64,000 nt of DNA from Rebecca billardiae RCC1528. Lineage: Eukaryota > Protista > Haptophyta. Numbering within the stretch: position 1 is the stretch's first letter; every line of letters begins with the position of its first letter. Under the pieces are notes generated by a model. That model was not told where the DNA came from. It saw only the letters and a program-made list of their open reading frames with translations, and searched no databases. A program made the position numbers and the translations under genes. Below are positions 36,274 to 47,172 of this stretch, in pieces. The stretch spans positions 868,001 to 932,000 of the forward strand of contig OZ251233.1 of assembly GCA_965240325.2 (NCBI GenBank), written 5' to 3'.

Positions 36274-39200
36274 GCCGTCCTGGTCAGAGCCGCCGTCCGC
36301 CGCCGCGGCGCCGAGCGCAAAGGCGACGTTGGGCGCGGCGCCGGGCGTGCGCGGCGCGCCGAGCGCGCGCCGCACCTCCAGGAAGAGCCCCGGCTTGGGC
36401 AGCCGCGGCCCGCTCGCGTACAGCAGCACGGGCGGCCACTCCTGCCCATCAGAGGCCGCCGCCGCGTCCGCGCGCGGCGCGGCCGAGTCGGCGGCGCCGC
36501 CGCCGCCGCCGCCGTCGCGCGAGGCGGCGGCGGCGGCGCGCGGCACCGCGCCCTGCCGCACGAAGACGTCGGGCACGCCGTCGAGCGAGGCGATCCACGC
36601 GGTCTCGGCGAGCAGCGGCGCCAGCTCGTCCGCGACCCAGCCCAGGCCGGGCAGCGGCGCGCCGTCCGGCCGCGTCGGTCGGAGCAGGGCGACGCCAGAG
36701 CTCACGGCGTGCTGCAGTGACGGGCTCGCACCCGCCGGCCCTGGCGGCACGAGCTCATGCCGAGTGTACTGCACGCCGCCCCACGCGAGCGAGCCGTCTG
36801 TGAGCTGCTCGATTTGGTTCAGCCCACGCACGCGGTCCAAGCCGCCCAGCAGCCGCTTGCCGCCGCCGGCGGCGGCGGCGGCTGTGGCTGCGGCTGTGGC
36901 AGCGGCCGACGCCGCGCCGTGATGAGCGCCAGCCGGGCTGGCGAGGGGCGGGGCGCGCTGCGCGCCCTCGCGCGCGCAGCGCGGCGCGCCCGCCGCCGCG
37001 CCGCCGCCGCCCTCAAAGAAGCTGCGCACGGTGCCCGCGCGCGCGATCGTGCGCACGCGCCCGTGTGTGCCGTGCGAGTGCGCGAAGCTGCGCGCGGCGT
37101 CGACGACGGCCCCGGCCTCCGCGTCGCTCAGCGGGCGCGCGCCGTGCGACGCCACGACGTCCTCGAGGTCGCGCTCGGTGAGCGAGCCGAGCGCGGCGGG
37201 GTGCGTCAGCTCCTCGCGCGCGAGTGCGTCGCACACGCGCGCCGCGAGCGCCGCGGCGTGCGCGCGCCGCGCCGCGCCGTCCGCGGGCGCGCCGAGCAGC
37301 GCGCGCGGCGCCGCGCCGAGCGCGCGCGGCGCCGCCGCGGGCGCGCCCGCGTCCGCGTCCGCGTCCGCGTCGCTGTCTCTGTCCGCATCGCCCTCGCGCG
37401 CGTGCGAGCGCTTCGGCGCGGCGGCCCACGTGTCCTCCGCCTTGGGACGCCGGCGCGCGCGCGACGGCCGCGCCGCCTCCTCGGCCGCCGCCGCGTCCGC
37501 CGCCTCCGCCGCGCTCGACGCCTCGAGGGCGGCCGCGAGCGCCCTATACAGCTCGCGCGAGCCCAGCCGCCCGCGCCCGCCGCCGCTGCCCGCCTCGGCC
37601 GAGCCCACGTCCTCCGCGGTGGCGAGCTGCGCGAGCAGAGCTTCCTGCGCGATGGCGGCGAGTAGCACCGACGGCTCCGGCGGCGGCGGCGGTGGCCACA
37701 CCTCGACAGTCGCGGAGCTCGCGCCTTCACTCGCGTGCGCGAGCGCGTACGCCGCCGCGCGCCGCGTGTTGCACCCGAGCCGCACGCACGCCGCGGGCGC
37801 GGCGCCGAGCGCTCGCGCAAAGTCAACGGCGTACGCCACCTCGGCGGGCAGACGCGCCGAGCCCGCGCCGTGCCGCGTCACGTGGCACGCGTGCAGGTCT
37901 ACGAGCGCGCCGCCGCGCCGCTCGAACACGCCGGACGCGCGCGCGCTCGCCTCCCGCCGCGCCGCTCTCTCCAGCAGCTCGGCCGAGTCAGCGAGCAGGT
38001 AGGCGCGCGCGTGCGCGCGCACAAGTCTCTTCTCGGCGAGCGCGTGCGCGCACATCAGCCGCGCCTGCCGCCGCGGGATCGCGGCGAGCAGCGCGTCCAC
38101 CTCGGGCTCCCGCTGGAGCGCCCTGACGAGATTGCGCGGGATCGGCGCCTCGGCGATCAGCTCGAAGCCGATCTCGACGTCGGAGATAGCGGAGGCGTCG
38201 AGGGCGGGTGGTGGTGGCGGCGCGGCGGCGCCGAGCGGGCCGGGCGCGCCGCCGCCGCCGAGCGCGCCGCCGAGCCCGGCGCGCGCGCCGCCGCCGGCCG
38301 CGCCGCCGAGCCCTCCGCCAAACGCGAACGCGCCGTGCGCGCCGCCGCCCGGCGCGCGCTCGCTCGCCCGGAACTCGACGAAGAAGCGATCCGCCGGGAT
38401 GACGAGCGGCGGCGCGCCGCGCGTGCCGGGCCAAGAGTGCGCCTCGCCGTCGCCCCAGCGCGCGCGCGGCCCCCAGTGCTCCATGCGCAGCCTGTCCTTC
38501 CACAGCGTGAGCCACGCGCCGCGCGGCAGCTCGGTGCGTGGGTCGAAGCTCAGCACCACGTGCGACGCGCCCTCGAAGCAAACCTCCTCGAGCAGCGTGC
38601 AGCACGGCGGGAAGGTGCGCTCTGTGCGCCAGCCAGGCGAGGACAGTGCCTGGCGCGACGCGGGCGCGCGCGACGGCTGCAGCCGCCACGACGCGAGGTG
38701 GCGGCCGCCGAGCGTGGCGGGCGCGCGCGGCCGGCGCGGCGCGCCCGGCGCGCCCGCCGACCCGCCGCCGCCGCCGAGCGCGCCGCCGCCGCCGCCAGCC
38801 GCAGCGTCGGCGTTCGAGCCGGCATAGCGGTGCACCGTCGTGGCGCCGTCGTCGTCGTCCGCGCCGAGCGCGCCGCCGCCGTCGCTGCGGTCGTCGAGCT
38901 CGCTCTCCGACGGGCTGCCCTCGCCGTTCTCGTACGCGCCGCCGCCCTCGCCCAAGCCGCGCTGCGCGGCCAGCTCGCGCGCGAGCGGACTTCCCTCCTC
39001 AGCGCCTCCCTCGTCGTCGCTCACGCCGCCGCCGCCGCCGCCGCCGCCGGCCGCGCCGCCGCCGCCGCGCGGCTCGCCGCCGCCGCCGCCGCCGCCGCCG
39101 CGCCCGCCGTCCTCCGCCGCGCGGCGCAGCGCCACCGCCTCCACATAGTCGAGCATGCGCGCGCACTCGGGCCGCGCAGACTTGAAGAGATGCTCCGCGT

Positions 39201-40930
39201 GCGCGCACGCGAGCGCGCGCTGCCGCCTGTGTAGCCGCGCGCTCGGAGCCGCGACGTGCCACGGCGCGCGCGCGCGCTCGTCGTCCACCCAGGCCTGGAC
39301 GAATGCGATCGAGGCGAGCACCTGCGAGAGCGAGTCTGTGAGGTGCTGCGCGGCGGCGGCGCCCGCCGCCGCCGCGCCGCCGCCGCCGCCGCCGCCGGGC
39401 TCGGCGCCGCCGCCCTCGTCGCCGCCGCGCGCCGCGCCGCCAGCCTCCGCCTCCGCGGCTGGCTCGCGCAGCGTGTGCGCGAGCGCGGCGGCGAGCGCCG
39501 CGTGCACGCCGAGCAACCGCTCGAGGTCGTCCTCCGCGTCCGCGCGGTGGCTCCACTCGAGCAGCCGCGACGCCCCGTCCACGAGCCACGCGCGGAGCCC
39601 CGCAAGCAGCTCGGCCGCACTCGGTCCGCCCGGCCGCGCCGAGCGGTGCGAGTCCCAGGCCACGCCGCCCGCGCGCTCGCGCGCCGCGCTCGCGCAGCGC
39701 TCGACGTCGGCGGCGAGGCTGACGGCGAAGACGAACGCCGCGGCGCGCGCGTGCGCGTAGTCCGCCGCCGGCGCGGCGGCGCGCAGCGCGGCGCACAGCT
39801 CGAGCAGCGGGCGGAGCAGCGCGCACGGCGAGCGCTCGAGATCGGAGGCCAGAATCCCGAGGGGCGTGGCGAGCAGCAGCTGGCGCGCTGGCCCGTCGGT
39901 CGGCGGGACGGAGGCCCAGGGGGCGCCGCCGTCGGCACCGCCGTCGTCCGCGCCCGCCGCCGCCGCCGCCGCCGCCGCCGCCTCGGCGGGCGAGCGCGTG
40001 TCCGCCGCGAGCGGCTCGAAGAGCGCCCGGCGCAGCAGCGCACGGAAGGTCGGGTGTGCGAGCAGCGCGTCCCGCGCGGCGAAGAACTCGAGCAGCAGCG
40101 GGAGCGAGACGAAGGGGGCGGAGAGGAGGGCGAGCAGCGTCTCGGTCTCGTCGAGGGAGAGCCTCTCCAGCGGCCGCGCCACGTTCAGCGCGCGCGCCTC
40201 GACCAGCACCGCCTCCGCGCCCGGCACGCCGTCGCCCAAGCCCTCCTCAACGCCGGCGCCGGCGCCGTCGTCGTCGTCCGCGCCGCGCAGCGCCCGGAGC
40301 GCGCGCGACACGCGGCCGCGCACGTGCGAGCGCCACGCGGCGGGCGCGCCGACAAGCGCGGGCACGGCGGGCTGCCCGCCGAGGCCGACGCTCAGGCTCG
40401 CGCCGTCCGGCCCGACGCGCCACGCGGGCGCGAGCGCCGACGCGTCGAGCGCCGGGCTCGCGAGCGCGCGCGCGTTCGCGCGCCGCAGCGCGGCGCTCGG
40501 CTCGAGCAGCAACTTGACGAGACTGACCATGTCGCGGGCCAGGCCGAGCTCGGGCGCGTCGGTCGCGTCCCAGTTGGCGCACAGCCAGCGGCACGCGCCG
40601 CCGAGCGGGGACGAGCGCACCGCGGGGCCGCCGGAGGACGCGGCGGCGGAGGGCGCGCCGCCCGCAGCCGCGCTGCCGGGCGCGCCGCCGCCGCCGCCGC
40701 CGGGCGCGCCGCCCGCGCCGCGCGCGCCGCGCGGCGGCGGCGGCGGCGGCGGCGGCTCGGCGCCTACGGGCACGCCGATGCGCGCGAGCACGGCGCGCAC
40801 GAACGCGAGCGTCTCGTCGTTGCGCTCGGGCGCGAAGCGCAGCTCCAGCCCCTCGCCGGGCGCGCGGCGCGGGCCGCCTCGCTCGCGCAGCGGCACCGGT
40901 ACGAACCCAAACAAACAGCCGTCTGAGGCA

Positions 40931-40981
<51 letters not shown>

Positions 40982-41317
40982 GCGGCGGCGCCGCCGGCGG
41001 CGCCGGCGAACTCCGACTCGCCCAGGTAGCGCAGCGCGCGCAGCCGCAGCGCCGCCGAGTCCGGGTCGACGACGGGCGAGGTGGCCAGAATGTCCTGCAG
41101 GCCAAGGCCGCTGAACGCAGACGCTGAGAGCGCCAGCGGAGCCGGGAGGCCGTCGCCGTTGAGCAGCGCGCACACGGCGGACTGCGCGCCGCCGAGGTCG
41201 AGACGCGCCGCGCCGCCGCCGTCGCCGTCGGCCGCGCCGCCGCCGCCGCCGGGCACGCCAACGCCGCCGCCGCCTCGCGCGCGCCCCTGCGCGCCCGCAC
41301 CGCGCTCCGCCATCCGC

Positions 41318-41350
<33 letters not shown>

Positions 41351-42756
41351 AACGCTGCCGCCACCGCGGCCGCCACGTCCTCCCCGTGCGCGGCGCCGGC
41401 GCGCGCGTGCCGCGCGGCGCCGCCCGCCGCCGCGGCCGCGCTCGCCTTCGCCCGCGACGGCCGCATCCTGAGCACCGCGTCGAAGAGCGCCAGCATGGCC
41501 GCCGCGCACACGCGCCTCTCCCCTTCGCGCTCAGCGAGGCCCGAGTCCGCCTCCTCGTGCGACTCGCCGTCGGGCTCCTCGCCGTCCGCGCCGGACTCGG
41601 CCTCGGCAGCGGCGCCGCCCGCATCCACGCCGCCGCCGCCGCCGCCCAGAAACCGCCAGTCCTCCGCCGTCACGCACAGGCTCGCGCTCGCGTACGCGCG
41701 CGCAACAGCCAGCAGCAGCCGCAGGCAGCGCCGCTGGTCGACGACTGACTGCAGGTTGTCGAAGGGCGCGGCGCTGCTCGCCGTCCATGGCTCCGGCAGC
41801 GGCAGCGTGCGTGCGAACAGGTCCTCTGCGCGCCGACCGGCCCGGGGGCAGAGCGCAAGCACGCACGCACGCACACGCACGCACACGCACGCACACGCAC
41901 ACGCACACGCACGCACACGCACACGCACGCGCACGCGCACGCGCACGCGCACGCGCACGCGCACGCGCACGCGCGAGCAGCGCACGAACAAAAGCACAGC
42001 CACAAGGAGAAGAAGACAGCACCGCCCAAAGGGTAGGGTCGGGTGCGGCACGACGCGTGAGGACGAGCGCACGCGCGCAGCCGCAGCAGCCGCAGCAGTA
42101 CGGCGCGCGCGCACGCGGCAGCAGCATGGAGCGCGCGCGCACGCGGCCGCGCGCGGCGCACCGATCAGCACGACGACCTGGGCTCGGGCGACGCTCGTCG
42201 GGAGTCCGGCTGTGCTGATCCGGGTGACCGCCTCCTCGCACCAGCGGAGCGAGTCGAGCAGCAGCGCGAAGCTCCAGCGCGGCGCGGGCGCGCGCAGCCC
42301 CGCCGCCGCGCGCCCGCCGCCGCCACTGCCGCCGCCGCGCGCGCGCGCACCCGCGCCGCGCGCGCCGCCGTCCGGCCGGTCCCACCGGAGACCGCCACCG
42401 CCGTCCGCGCCCGCCGCGCCCGCGAGGTGGCCCTCGAAGACCGCGCCCTGCGCCACGCCCATCCCCTCCGCGCGCGGCTGCGCCGAGAGCAGCGCGCCGG
42501 CGTACGCGCCGCGCGGCCGCGCGTCCGCCACCAGCCCGAACCGGGCAAACGGCCGGTAGCACTCGACCAGAGCATATCGCTGCGCGGCCGCGGAGCGTGG
42601 CGCGGCGAGGGCCCAGCCCGCAGAGCCGCCGAGTGCGGGCAGCGGCGGCGGCTGCGCGAGCCCGTCCTCCGTGAGCGGCAGCGCCATCACCGCGGGCAGC
42701 AGCGTCTCCGTGAGGAACGAGGCGAGGGAGGATGACCGAGCCGCAGGCACGGCGGC

Positions 42757-42787
<31 letters not shown>

Positions 42788-42929
42788 GCGTCGGGCTCGG
42801 CGGCGCCGGGCATGAGGGCGCGCTCGAGCGCCGCGTCCTGCTCCGCGCGCAGCAGCTGCGCGCACACGCTGCGCAGCAGCCACTGCTCCGCCCGGTGCAC
42901 GCCCCCCGGCAGCGAGCCGCGGCAGCTGC

Positions 42930-42970
<41 letters not shown>

Positions 42971-44523
42971 AGAAGCAACGATGCGTACGCGTGCGCGCCG
43001 TCGTCCGCGCGCGTGAGCGCGCGGCAGATGCGGCAGTCTCGGAGCACCGCGCCGAGCTCGAGCGCGCCGAGCTCCGCGCGCACGCGCGGCACCTCCGCGC
43101 GGGCGCGCACCGCGCCCACCGCGTGCAGCGCCAGTGCAAAGGACACGAGGACCGTCTCTCGGGACACCGCGCCCTCGGCGAGCGCTCGCGGCCGCGCGCG
43201 CGCGAGCGGGAGCAGCCGGGCGCTGCGCGCGGCCTCGGCGTCGACGGCGGCGCGCAGCGTGGGCGCACCGTCGGCCGAGGCCAGCGCGCCGCCCGCCGCG
43301 AGGTGCGGCAGCAGCACCTCGTACGCGTACGCCTCGGAGCGCACGGGCGCGCCGCGCAGCGCGAGCACGGACGTTTGTAGCAGCGACAGCAGCGCGCCCG
43401 CGTCCAGGCACTCGCGCGGGCCGCGGAACGAGATGGCGATCTCGTACAGCACGGCGCCGGCGGCGCCGTCGAGCGCCGCCGCGTCCGCGTCGTCGTCCGC
43501 CCCGCCCGCCGAGCTGCCAGAGCCCCGGCTGGCAGAAGAGCGCCGCCGCACGGCCGGCGCGCGCGTGGACGGGTGGTATCGGAGCGCGCCTGGGCCGCCC
43601 GCGTTGACGAAGGTGTACAGGAGCTCGTCGGGGGCGGCGGCGTCGGCGGCGGCGGCGGGCGTGCCCGAGGACGAGCGCGCGGCCCCCTGCGCCGGCGGCG
43701 TCGGCTGCGCGTGCGCGTGCGGCGGCGCGGGCGCGGCCGAGCGCGGCGGCGCGCGCTGCACTAGCAGCAGTCCTTGGAAGGGGCCGCGGCCCTCCGAGTC
43801 CACGAGCATCAGCGGGAGGACGACGAGCCCCGCGGGTGCGGCGGGCTCGGGCGAGGCGCCCGCACGCCGGCTGGGCGGCGGGCTCCTCGGCGGCGAGCCC
43901 AACGCGAAGAAGGGCGGCGGCGCGGCGCCGGGCGGCGGCGCGAGCAGGCTCTCGACGTCAGCGTGCGCGGCGCTCAGCACCGCCGCAAGCTCCTGGTGCA
44001 TGCGGCCCTCGACGGAGGCGCTCGCCGAGCGGATGGCGCTCGCGTACCGCGTCGCGCGCTCGAACGCGTCGAGCGCCGCGCGCGCCGCCCTCCGATCCAC
44101 GGAGAGTCGGCTGCGCAGCGCCGCGTGGCTGCCGCCGCGCAGCTCGGGCGCGACGGCACTCAGCAGGGACTCGAGCTCGATGCCGGCGGTCGCCTGTGCG
44201 GTGGAGGCGGCGAGGCCGGGCGTCGCGCCCGTGTACGCGGGGAACATCTGGAGGAACGTCGGCGAGCGCCACACCGGCGCCCACTCCTTGCGCACGCGCA
44301 TCACCAGCTTTGCCTTCCGCTCGACGATCGGGCCGAGCGGCGTACTGTCGGGAAGCTCCCAGCGGCACGGGTCGTCCTCGGCGCAGATGCGCTGGTACTC
44401 GGGCGGGACGACGGGCACCTTCTCGAACAGCTTCGCCTTCAGGTCGCGCACCGTGCGCCCCTGGCCCAGGTCGAGCGTCACCTCCCGGCCCGGCGTCGCC
44501 ACGCGCACGCTGCTCGTCGCCAT
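12620..44523 (-). CDS. Giant multidomain protein (~10,470 aa): Ubl - CUB-like - FN3/RRM - DUF3638/DUF3645 helicase-like P-loop - SCP2-like - 3x SPRY - LRR - ankyrin - polycystin/TRPP channel. Exons 44523-42162, 41825-31807, 31648-12620
   Basis: ATG 44523, stop at 12620. A phase-0 GT-AG intron joins the two long ORFs. Motifs: TVRDLKAKL..PPEYQRI (Ubl); FDPRFLAFE..QLGAGEGKTSVLAPLLALLLADG; LVDEVD; LLAVPFEGKDTPALRSEFAVPDV; ALIDAGAL; GAWRLRSLGAGQ; YYYEV..GW..SWAIDG..WRAGDVLGC..NFG (SPRY); LxxLxLxxN LRRs; GWTALALAVRNGRLRCVRALLGAGA (ANK); RLLGAVRVAQAR, WVDASTRAV..LYN and a series of hydrophobic helices (PKD2-like). Confidence 0.85.
28001..28090 (-). repeat. (GGC)n coding trinucleotide tract, about 30 Gly
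   Basis: gccgcc... run of ~90 nt on +, the longest of many poly-Gly tracts in the giant gene. Confidence 0.9.
31649..31806 (-). other. Predicted 158-nt GT-AG intron joining the 4348-aa and 6394-aa ORFs
   Basis: Minus strand CTG GCG|GTGTGC...GCTCAC...GCGCGCAG|TGG CGC. The donor falls on a codon boundary of the upstream ORF and the acceptor on a codon boundary of the downstream ORF, giving DMRSLA|WRSPDD. Confidence 0.8.
41826..42161 (-). other. Predicted 336-nt in-frame, stop-free intron containing a (GTGCGC)n/(GTGT) microsatellite
   Basis: ATC G|GTGCGC...GCGCGCAG|AG GAC. Removal eliminates RVRVRVRV/ACACAC low-complexity translation and gives VVVLIEDLFARTLPLP. Confidence 0.85.
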
Positions 44524-44852
44524 GATGGCGCGGCGGCAAACCAAGCGCCACCGATTTTCTTTTCGAAAGTAGAAGCTGACGAAACCGGCAACTCGACACA
44601 GCCTCTCGCGGTGAGCAAGCGTTACGCCTGTCAGTCAGTCAAAAACAGTCATCAGTCAGTCAGTAAGTTTATGCCATCATCACTTAACTGGAGCGTAACA
44701 TCTTGACACGGAATTGTCGACGGGATCGCCGGCCTACTCTGATGATCTACAATAGCTGCTACTCAGACCACCCCACTCCCCGGAGGACGGCCAGGCGGTC
44801 CGGCCTATCTATGCCAGACGACTCACGACGGATGGCATCGTAACTGAGCCTG

Positions 44853-44966
44853 ATGGCATCAGCCCAGACCTCCAATAGACTGTTCAGGCTCGTCTATTTT
44901 CTATAAATAAATACCCAGTCCGGGTGCCATTTCCGTATATGAATACACGTATCCGGAACGCTTCCG
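44853..44966 (-). repeat. AT-rich dispersed repeat copy B (inverted relative to 11581-11716)
   Basis: Reverse complement reads cggaagcgttccggatacgtgtattcatatacggaaatggcacccggactgggtattta...tatagaaaatagac..., homologous to copy A. Confidence 0.85.
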
Positions 44967-45586
44967 GGTTGTATTTTGTTTGTAGTCTCACAGTAGTTAC
45001 AAGTTTTTAGTTTTGGTAATAATATGCGTACAACCACAGTTTAATACTAAGAATATGAGCCCGCACTCACAGGTGACACACAAATCGATTTTAGCCGTCA
45101 CCGTAACCTGTGCGCAGCTCCGCCCAGTGGGGATTTGTTGCTGGAGTTTTTTCGGCGTCGCGTTTGTCCGCGCCGAAGACCGGGCCAAGGCCGTTTGAGC
45201 ATGGTCGTTCATGCGCACGCCCGCGCGTTCGAATCGATATATATTCGATGGCCAGCGCGCTCTGAGTGAGCGGCGGGCGTGCGCGCATGACTGCCGCGAG
45301 GCGGGCTGCGAGGCGTCGGCTGGCTTGCCACTGTGACTGAGGCGGTTGCGGGTTGGCGATCCCCGGGGCGTCGTCACCCTCGCCCGCCCCTCCTCGCCCA
45401 CCCTCGCCCCACGGGCGGCGCCACACGACACACGTGACCTGTTAATTAAGATTTGAGTTGGCACGGAGGCCGCCGGCACGCGCGCGGAGAGGCGAGGACT
45501 ATTAAGGTGTTTCGTTCGCGCGGAAAAACGCACCGTCGTCGCATTGATGTGCTCATCACGTCTGAACCGGAAGCGCTCGGCTTTAA

Positions 45587-45612
45587 CTCTCTCTCTCTCT
45601 CTCTCTCTCTCT
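45587..45612. repeat. (CT)n microsatellite
   Basis: ctctctct... run seen directly. Confidence 0.95.
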
Positions 45613-45830
45613 ATCGCTTATTATATACATAGCAGCGATTAAGAACCGGTGCGTGCGTATGTACAGTATGTCAGAATAACCGGAAGCCGGAGCCGGCTGG
45701 CGGCGGGCGGCGGGCCCGGGGCCGGGGCCGGAAGCATCAAGCAAAGTCTATTAGTATTATGGCCCGCGGCCTGCAGGGCGGAGGCCGCGGAGCGCGCAGC
45801 GTGGAGCCCGCACCAGCGGGCCCGAACCAC

Positions 45831-45933
45831 GTTTCAAAAAGATCTTTGATCAAGAAAAAAGGGACGGGTTTCAAAAAGATCTTTGATCAAGAAAAAAGGG
45901 ACGGGGGGCGGCGGAAAAAAGGGACGGGGGGCG
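45831..45933 (+). repeat. Perfect 37-bp tandem duplication plus nested 20-bp duplication
   Basis: gtttcaaaaagatctttgatcaagaaaaaagggacgg at 45831 and 45868; gaaaaaagggacggggggcg at 45891 and 45914. Confidence 0.9.
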
Positions 45934-46689
45934 ATTTTTAGGGCTGGCGGAGACCGAGTTTCGAGTTTTTGAGATCGCATAGAGAGGTCTATTAGGCCGA
46001 AAAAGAGCGCGCCCAGCTGATTCCATAAGTAATCGATGGACGGGACGTGAGCCTGGCCGTGACTTTAGTGTAACGGTTCGTTACGAGCGAATCGTACTCG
46101 TCTTCCCGGATCGCGTGACGTCCGGACTGGGCCACATCCGGATCGTCGGAGGTGACGTGCCCCGGCACGATGGGCGATGGCGGATATGCGGGACGGCGCC
46201 TGCACGTGCCTCCGGACCCGCCTCCCGCTTGCTGCTCACGCAGTCAGCTGCGACCGTGGCGCATGATCGCAGAAGCAGTGCCGGCAGTACGGCCTGCATC
46301 AGCTAGTGCCGCGCCGTCGTGACGCGCGCGGTACGGTTGCGCGTTTGCAGCGCTCGCCGCTCGGCGACGGCACGCGCGTGCGGCTCAGGTGTGTCAAATG
46401 CGGTCTCGTCGGCGCGCTTTCGCCTGCCACCTCGTGCACCCGTGCCGCCAGTTTCATCGTCTTCATGAGGACTGCTGCTGCTGTCGCCATCCGCTCTCCA
46501 TCACCCCGAGTCGCCGGTCGCGCGGCGCGCGCGGTAGGCACTAGGCAGGGCGTACGGTCACTCACCCGTGCAACGGGTCAAGTGGCCAGAGTACGTCTGG
46601 TCGTTGGCTGGCACGGGCCGCAGCGCTAAAGCACCCTGCTGTCACACCCGACTCCTTCAGTACTCCGAGCTCCGCGGCACGACTCACTC

Positions 46690-46835
46690 GGCACGATCGC
46701 GGACGGGTCGGATCCGAGCTGATCAGCCAGAGTTGGACACAGTTTGGCAGCTACTAGTAGTAATTCCGATGCCGATGGCACGATCGCGGACGGGTCGGAT
46801 CCGAGCTGATCAGCCAGTTGGACATTTGGCAGCTA
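46690..46835 (+). repeat. ~60-bp imperfect direct repeat, two copies
   Basis: ggcacgatcgcggacgggtcggatccgagctgatcagcca..gttggaca..tttggcagcta at ~46690 and ~46777. Confidence 0.85.
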
Positions 46836-47172
46836 GTTGTCAGGCGGACGTCCGATTTGACGACCGGTGCCGGGTGCGGTCTCAGGTCCGCTGCTGTGAT
46901 TGTGTGAAGTGTGAATGAGTCTCGCGGTCGCGCAGGCAGGGCGACGGTCGGACTAATAGCTTCAGTCATCTCAGAACCGACTTCAACTGGCGAACTGCCA
47001 CTACAGTACGGCGGAGAGCCGCGATTGCACGGCCACCGCGGGCCCCCAACTGCGTTGATTCTATGCAGAAAAGGACCGCGGAACGCGGTCATACTAAAGC
47101 ATCATGACGATAATAAGGTCTTATAATTACAAGTGTGTCATCAATAATGTGCGTCAGTCAGTCAACGGTCAG

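Noticed and set aside
41870-41975. RVRVRV/ACACAC peptide repeat and adjacent hydrophobic stretch as protein features
   Set aside because: They lie within the predicted 336-nt intron (microsatellite).
45831-45933. 37-bp repeat as CRISPR repeats
   Set aside because: Only two directly adjacent copies with no spacer.
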